From NCBI GenBank assembly GCA_951406725.2, contig OX597817.1:146444001-146508000 (forward strand): a stretch of 64,000 bases of DNA. The letters are read 5' to 3'. The stretch comes from Octopus vulgaris. Taxonomy: Eukaryota. Within the stretch, counting starts at the first letter, position 1; every line of letters begins with the position of its first letter. The position numbers were made by a program, and so were the translations under genes. The notes below the pieces were generated by a model that saw only the letters and a list, made by a program, of their open reading frames with translations, was not told where the DNA came from and searched no databases. Positions 57,981-64,000 of the stretch are shown in pieces.

Positions 57981-60524
57981 CTGTAGCAATTTACATACAC
58001 AGAGAGAACGAGAGAGAGAGAGAGAGAGAGAAAAAAGACAGAAAATCACAGTTTTATAGGAAATGTATTTTTAGTTATATGGAAAAAACAACAACAAAAA
58101 GTATCTAAGATTCTATTGTATGAGAGTGAAACGTAATTTTTATGTGGTTGGGTTTCTATGACCTACTTATGTCATAACCACCGAAGGTTGCACTATACAG
58201 TCAATGAAATTTTTTCCGAATATTCTTCTAAACTTTCTTATTCATCATCAGTCAAATTTTCCAGATTTATTTGGTGGGGAAAGCAAATAAGAGAGACTTA
58301 TAGTTAATCGAAATTGGAGGCGTATTCATAATAAACGAGAGAAAAGACAATGTATACAACTTTAGTTAAATTTTAATAAGATTGTGACCTGCTCCAACAA
58401 GTTCAAACAACTTGTTTTTCAACTAACCGTGCAAGACTTGTGCACGGTTAGTTGTGTGAAATTCGTAAACAAATTTACAGAAATTATGATTCAGTGTTAC
58501 TTGAATATTCTGCTCTGAACCAGTGAAAACTGAAGTGGGTGTTGTGCTGAAATATTTGTTTATTTTGATATGGAATATATTAATTTATCACAGAAATGGC
58601 CTGCATCAAACAGCTGTGCACAACGATGTCTTTTCCCAAACTATATCAAACTAGGAATTTACTAGGAAATTACTAAATCTTGGCTAAGAAATGATATGTT
58701 ATCTGCAGAGATCTTTTATAATTATCAATGTCACTCTCAATGATCATAAAAATTTATTTTACACGAAAACTTTTTCTCTTGAATAGGAAATGCAATTTTC
58801 TCAAGGGATCATTTAAATTGGCTCATTAAAGACATCTTCCTATGTATTTATTTATTTCTACCTGTTTTTGTTTGTTTGTTCCATGCTAATATATGTATTA
58901 GACAAATATATTATTGAGACATCGTTTTGCAGCCAGATGCCCTTCATGTTACTAACTCTTACCAGTTTATCAAGTAAGGGAATTGTTATTCCACATCAAA
59001 ACCAGTAAACAATTTGTTGATGGGAAATGAATGTAAACACACACACGCACGTACACACATGTATGTAAATACATACATATATATGTATATGTCAAGATTT
59101 GTGACCTAGTGGTTAGGGTGTTCCATTCATGATCACAAGACCACGGTTTCAATTCCTGGATCAGGCAGTGCATTGTGTTCTTGAACAAAACACCTTATTT
59201 CATGTTGCTCTGCGATCACTCTGACATCTAATGTGTAACACACTTATGCACCTGTACAGGTAATGTCAATTTGATGGATGGAGTCTGTTAATGTACAGCA
59301 TAAACATTCGATCACTATATCCAAATCATCTGTGCAGGTTGTCCAACAAGAAGTTGTGGAATCCTCATTTGTTGTTTATAACAGGAGAGTCCACTGCATG
59401 TGTGTGTGTATCTTAATAATACTAAAACTCTGGAGATGTTTATATGTACTCGAAATATCTCAGAAATAGTATATTTTATCCTAATTGTTTGCATATTTGT
59501 TTTCATACTTACTTTCGGAAGTGCAGTACAATTTTTTGTGATATTTGGACCTCTATTTATTAATGAAAACGATTAAGCACAATTTTTGTTTGTTATTTCT
59601 CAATGAAAAAAAAACATGGCTTCTGCAACGTCAATACATATACACACATACGGAATACACACATACACAATGAATGTCATAGTGCCAATCAACACAAACA
59701 CATGTCCACTATCTGTGACATATACACACACATTCTTTGCACACTCTAAGGAAAAAAATGTCGACTTTTTGACACACACAATATTTTAATAATTTAGAAA
59801 TATTTTTAACTGAATGCGATTTCTAAAATGTAAGTTGTTTGTACAGCAAGGGGTGTGTAGTCATGTTTACGTACATACACAATATATATGTGTATATCTT
59901 TTTTGTATGTACATGTATGTGAGAGAAAGAGAAAGAAAGAGAGAGAGAAAGAGATAGAGAGTGAGTGAACGTGTGTTCTCATGTGTGTGAAAGTGGCAAT
60001 CTCTCTCTCTCTCACACACACACACGTCCATTTCATATATATACGTACATACATGTTTCACTTCCCCCTCTCTTTCACTTTAAAAAATAAAGTAAATAAA
60101 TAAATTTTTTTTACAGAAATTAACGAACAAAACCAGCTGATCTGGATGACAGTTCTGAGAGTCAGAGCGAAAGATAACCCCAAGGGAATACCATTGCAAA
60201 AATTTTTTCGAGTGCATTCAACATATCTCAGCTCCAAAGATTTGGCTGCTATTTCTAGCATGCCCTGCTAGCACGTAACAGCTATTTGCAATAAAGGACC
60301 AGAAATACTTGCTACATGTTAGTAGGGCATGCAAAAAATAGCAGCCAAATCTTCCTTTTTTCGGGGAAAGGAGCCGTTTATGCATGATTTCGATGTCACA
60401 TTCATTGAAAGCATGTGAAATAACCTGGAAAAGAAAAAAAACCCCACAAAACAAAATTCCATTGCTGGGAAACCCAGACTTTCTCGGGGGCCCAAAGGGA
60501 GCACGGATAGTCTAGTATAGATAT

Positions 60525-60561
<37 letters not shown>

Positions 60562-60656
60562 ATTTATAAATTATATATATCTCTTCTCTCTTTTGATAAA
60601 AGGCAGATTTTCTCTGCCTGTTCCCTTGTTCCTTTTTAATACAATTCTACAATATA

Positions 60657-61110
60657 GAATTTCTTCAATTGGAATTTACCTACGATTTTACAAGTAGATT
60701 CGATTGGGTCATGGCATATAAAGTTTTTTCAATTTGACCTCCAATTAAGCAAAAATTCGAGAAAAGTAAATATTTTACGATTTGCCTCTCTAATTTCAAC
60801 TGCTTCACTCATGCTATTACCATAATTTCTCCTACTTTCTCTTTGCAAGTGTACCTTAAACCACTACTCAAAAAAAATACAGAGCAAACAGAAACAAATA
60901 AATACATAACGATTTACTCCTCACACAATTTCTTCAATTGGAGTTTACCTATGATTTTTCCAAGTACATTCCATTCGGTCATGGCATATAAATTTCTTTC
61001 AATTTCACCCCCAATTAAGCAAAAATTCGAGAAAACTCAATATTTTACGATTTCCCTCTCTTACTTCAAAGGCTTTACTCCGCCTATTACCACACTTACT
61101 CCCACTTTTT
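60657..61110. repeat. diverged direct repeat (about 180-bp homologous blocks, about 270-bp period)
   Basis: AATTTCTTCAATTGGA...CCAATTAAGCAAAAATTCGAGAAAA occurs at about 60658 and 60927. Confidence 0.8.
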
Positions 61111-61337
61111 CTTTACACACATAGACACGCAAACATATACATATATGACAGTGTCAATTGTTGAAAGAAAATTGTAAGCTAAGGTGTGTGTGTGTGTGTG
61201 CGTGTGTGTCTGTGTGTATGTAGGAAGTGAAGGATAAAAATATGGCAAGAAGTGGACAGATGTACATATATACATACATCCATACATACATGTGTGTGTG
61301 TGTGTGTGTATGTATGTGTATTAATGTGTGTGTGTTA

Positions 61338-61725
61338 TCTCTCTCTATATAAAGCTGAAGATGTCTGTGTGTGCCAGGTTTGGTAGCCTTCAACTAACAC
61401 TATCTCCTCCGAGACCCTGCGGCGCAAGTTGACCAAAATTGAGAGTATGATAGAAGGGTTGCTCTTCCTTCCGTAGAAGATAAAATTCAAATCGGACCAT
61501 GCTAACACCAAAAATTATTTACATCAAAAAGGTGCTTTTTTCTATGAAAATCCCTATTTTTTACGATTTTTCCACTGCTGTGTTGCCACTTTTTGGTGTA
61601 TTTCAACCAGAAAAATGTTCACTTGAAGAGAATAACAAGCTACATAATGCAAAATTTTTACTTTTCAAAAATTCCAATTCCAGCGGGTCGAAACAAACCC
61701 GAGCAACGCCGGGCGATACTGCTAG
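61338..61725 (+). mobile_element. non-autonomous Helitron, copy 4
   Basis: A|TC...CCCGAGCAACGCCGGGCGATACTGCTAG|T. Confidence 0.82.
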
Positions 61726-62335
61726 TATATATATATATGTATAATTTATAAATTAATTTGTATCCATTAGATCTCTGTTTTCTAACTCGTTAATAATATT
61801 TGATATTTTATGGTATTTTATATAATACATTCATTGAAGAAATATCTCTTCAAAATACAATATATTAAACCAGTGTACCTTGGATGAAAATATCCCTATA
61901 AGAGGTTTAAATATCCTCACTGTGACTTATAAGACCCCTTTGAATGAATAGCACATGAAATTTATGTCTCCACACTATCCACTTGTGATAATAAAACATG
62001 AACTCCTATTGGAATCTACATACCATGGACAAGAAGCATTTCTACCTATTCTACACAGCACTTTCCTTGGATAATGGAACTGCAACAGTAACATCCTACA
62101 CATTTTTACTTTTATCTTTAATTTTATTTTCTTATTTCCATCTATACTTTCTATATCCATCCTTTTCCAAAATAACTCCTTATATTGAACTCAACTATTT
62201 CCCTCTAGTTAACTTTCTCATATCGTCTCTTCTGAAGGGATATTCCTAATATCCTAGAAACCGCTGTAAGATTGCCTTTCTCTTTATAAACATCCTATAA
62301 GTTCCACACAGCCTTGGTTTTGTTGTCTCATTTTA

Positions 62336-62381
<46 letters not shown>

Positions 62382-63501
62382 CTGCACATTGTGGCCTTCT
62401 TTCAGTCTCTATTTACCAAATGCACTCACAAGGCACTGAGTACCATTCTTCCAAATATATAAAGGTTTGTAAATATAAAAAAAACAACAAAAAGAAAAGA
62501 GGGTTGGGTAAAGTGATTTAATTTACCATGAGGAGTAAAAGAACCCAACATTTCAAACACTTGTACTTGGGAGAGAAAAACATTTTTGCTACAATGATAA
62601 GGTTATCAAATGCAAAAAATCACAGCAAATTAAATCACTATTTTTTTTTCTAATATCTTTCATGAAACATAAAATAGCTCAATTTTCATCAACTGTTGAC
62701 TTTTTACTAAATTTGGGATAATACTGCTGCAGCTACATATAGGAACATCTTAGACTACATATAAAAATGGCCTTCCAGCAGACAAAAATCCACTCTACAA
62801 CACATAACAAACCATAATAAGAACACAGGCAAGCTGTTTCTTCTGTCTGTCTCTTCTACCATTACTATAATGGCTTCGGTAATCTGAACTTGCATATTAC
62901 ATTTCATCTCCCCCAAATACCACTTGTCTCTCATCCGCTCATTAGTTTTGCTGTGTCTTCTCCAAACTCAAAATATTTGGTAAATTCTTACTATTACCTG
63001 TCTCACGTGATGTGAGCATAGTTGTAAAAATTTAATGAGAGAATGGCAAAGACTTCGTGGGGAGGGGATAGACTTTTTTTTTGGACAAAATATCCTTTCA
63101 TAAAAGAAAACAACCACCTGAGTCCTTACCCTTTTTTCTACTCAATAAGGAATCATCCTGACAAAATCCACAGACTGCTGGAACTCATCAAAATATATTC
63201 TAAACATTCCTAGGAGTCAACATAGGGAATATTTGTATCCAGATAAATCATTTAACAAGAAAAACTTTCTTATAAATGGTTTTACAAATCACATTTATGT
63301 TGGAAATACTAGTTTCCTTAACACACACCAAATGATGCCGTGTCCACAGGCAATCACACTTATTGTAATCACAAGTGATATATTAAATGTTGCAGAAGTA
63401 CATCACTTCAAAATAATATTTGCAGCAATAAATAAATACCACAGCGAAGGCTATTTGGCATAACTACAGATACGTGCCCCACCGACTTAGTTGCCTGACT
63501 T

Positions 63502-63866
63502 TCCTCATAACTTTCAGGAAAAAGAGTATCATTTAATGAAAATTTATACAAATACCTTTCAAACGGCATAGATTACGATTAAAAGAAAATTGGGGGGGGG
63601 GGATTTTTTCTGAAGGTGTTGGGAGAGGAGTTTCGGATCAGGAAAACCACATATGTTGGAATTTCTCAGTTTCGACGGAGATTTTTCCAATTCTTCAAAA
63701 CGGAGAAATTCCAACTTACATGGTCTTCTTGATCCGAAATTCCTCTCCCCACACCCCCGGAAAAAATTTCACCACAAATTTATTTATAATCGTAATCAAT
63801 GCCGTTTGAAAAGTAGTTGTGTAAACTTTCATGAAAAGATACCCATTTTCCTGAAAGTTATGAGGG
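63502..63866. repeat. about 365-bp foldback element
   Basis: CCTCATAACTTTCAGGAAAA...GTTGGAATTTCTC pairs with GAGAAATTCCAAC...TTTTCCTGAAAGTTATGAGG. Confidence 0.85.
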
Positions 63867-64000
63867 GAAAATCGGGTCGTGTGAATTTTCCGAAACTTTT
63901 CTCCCATTCCCCTCGGAAAAGTTCTTTCCCATAAATTCCTATATTCCTTGAATCTACAGCATCGAAACGGTATTTGCTAAAAATTTCGTTAAAATATATC

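Overview
AT-rich, repeat-dense animal genomic DNA. The SINE/RTE/Dong/Helitron mix looks like an Octopus (cephalopod) genome, which is inferred from repeat style only. One protein-coding gene is supported, on the minus strand: a TBK1/IKK-epsilon-family Ser/Thr kinase. I assembled it by hand from 15 GT-AG exons with consistent phases (ATG 45808 down to 9426), plus an ambiguous 3' end (stop at 8252 giving about 670 aa, or via micro-exons at 4747-4779 and 1351 and below). Kinase, ubiquitin-like and helical scaffold regions are present. The protein is divergent (Gly-loop, Thr gatekeeper) and appears to lack the C-terminal adaptor-binding domain. Introns and flanks are packed with tRNA-derived SINEs, RTE, Dong/R4 and CR1 LINE pieces, non-autonomous Helitrons, Tc1/mariner and pogo-type MITEs, and microsatellites. 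The most unusual signals are two repeat families carrying minimal hammerhead-ribozyme cores: one is a tRNA-headed SINE present as a head-to-head pair within one 12-bp TSD, the other includes a tandem pair. There are also several long foldbacks and a patchwork of locally templated duplications. Most ORFs in the supplied track are spurious.
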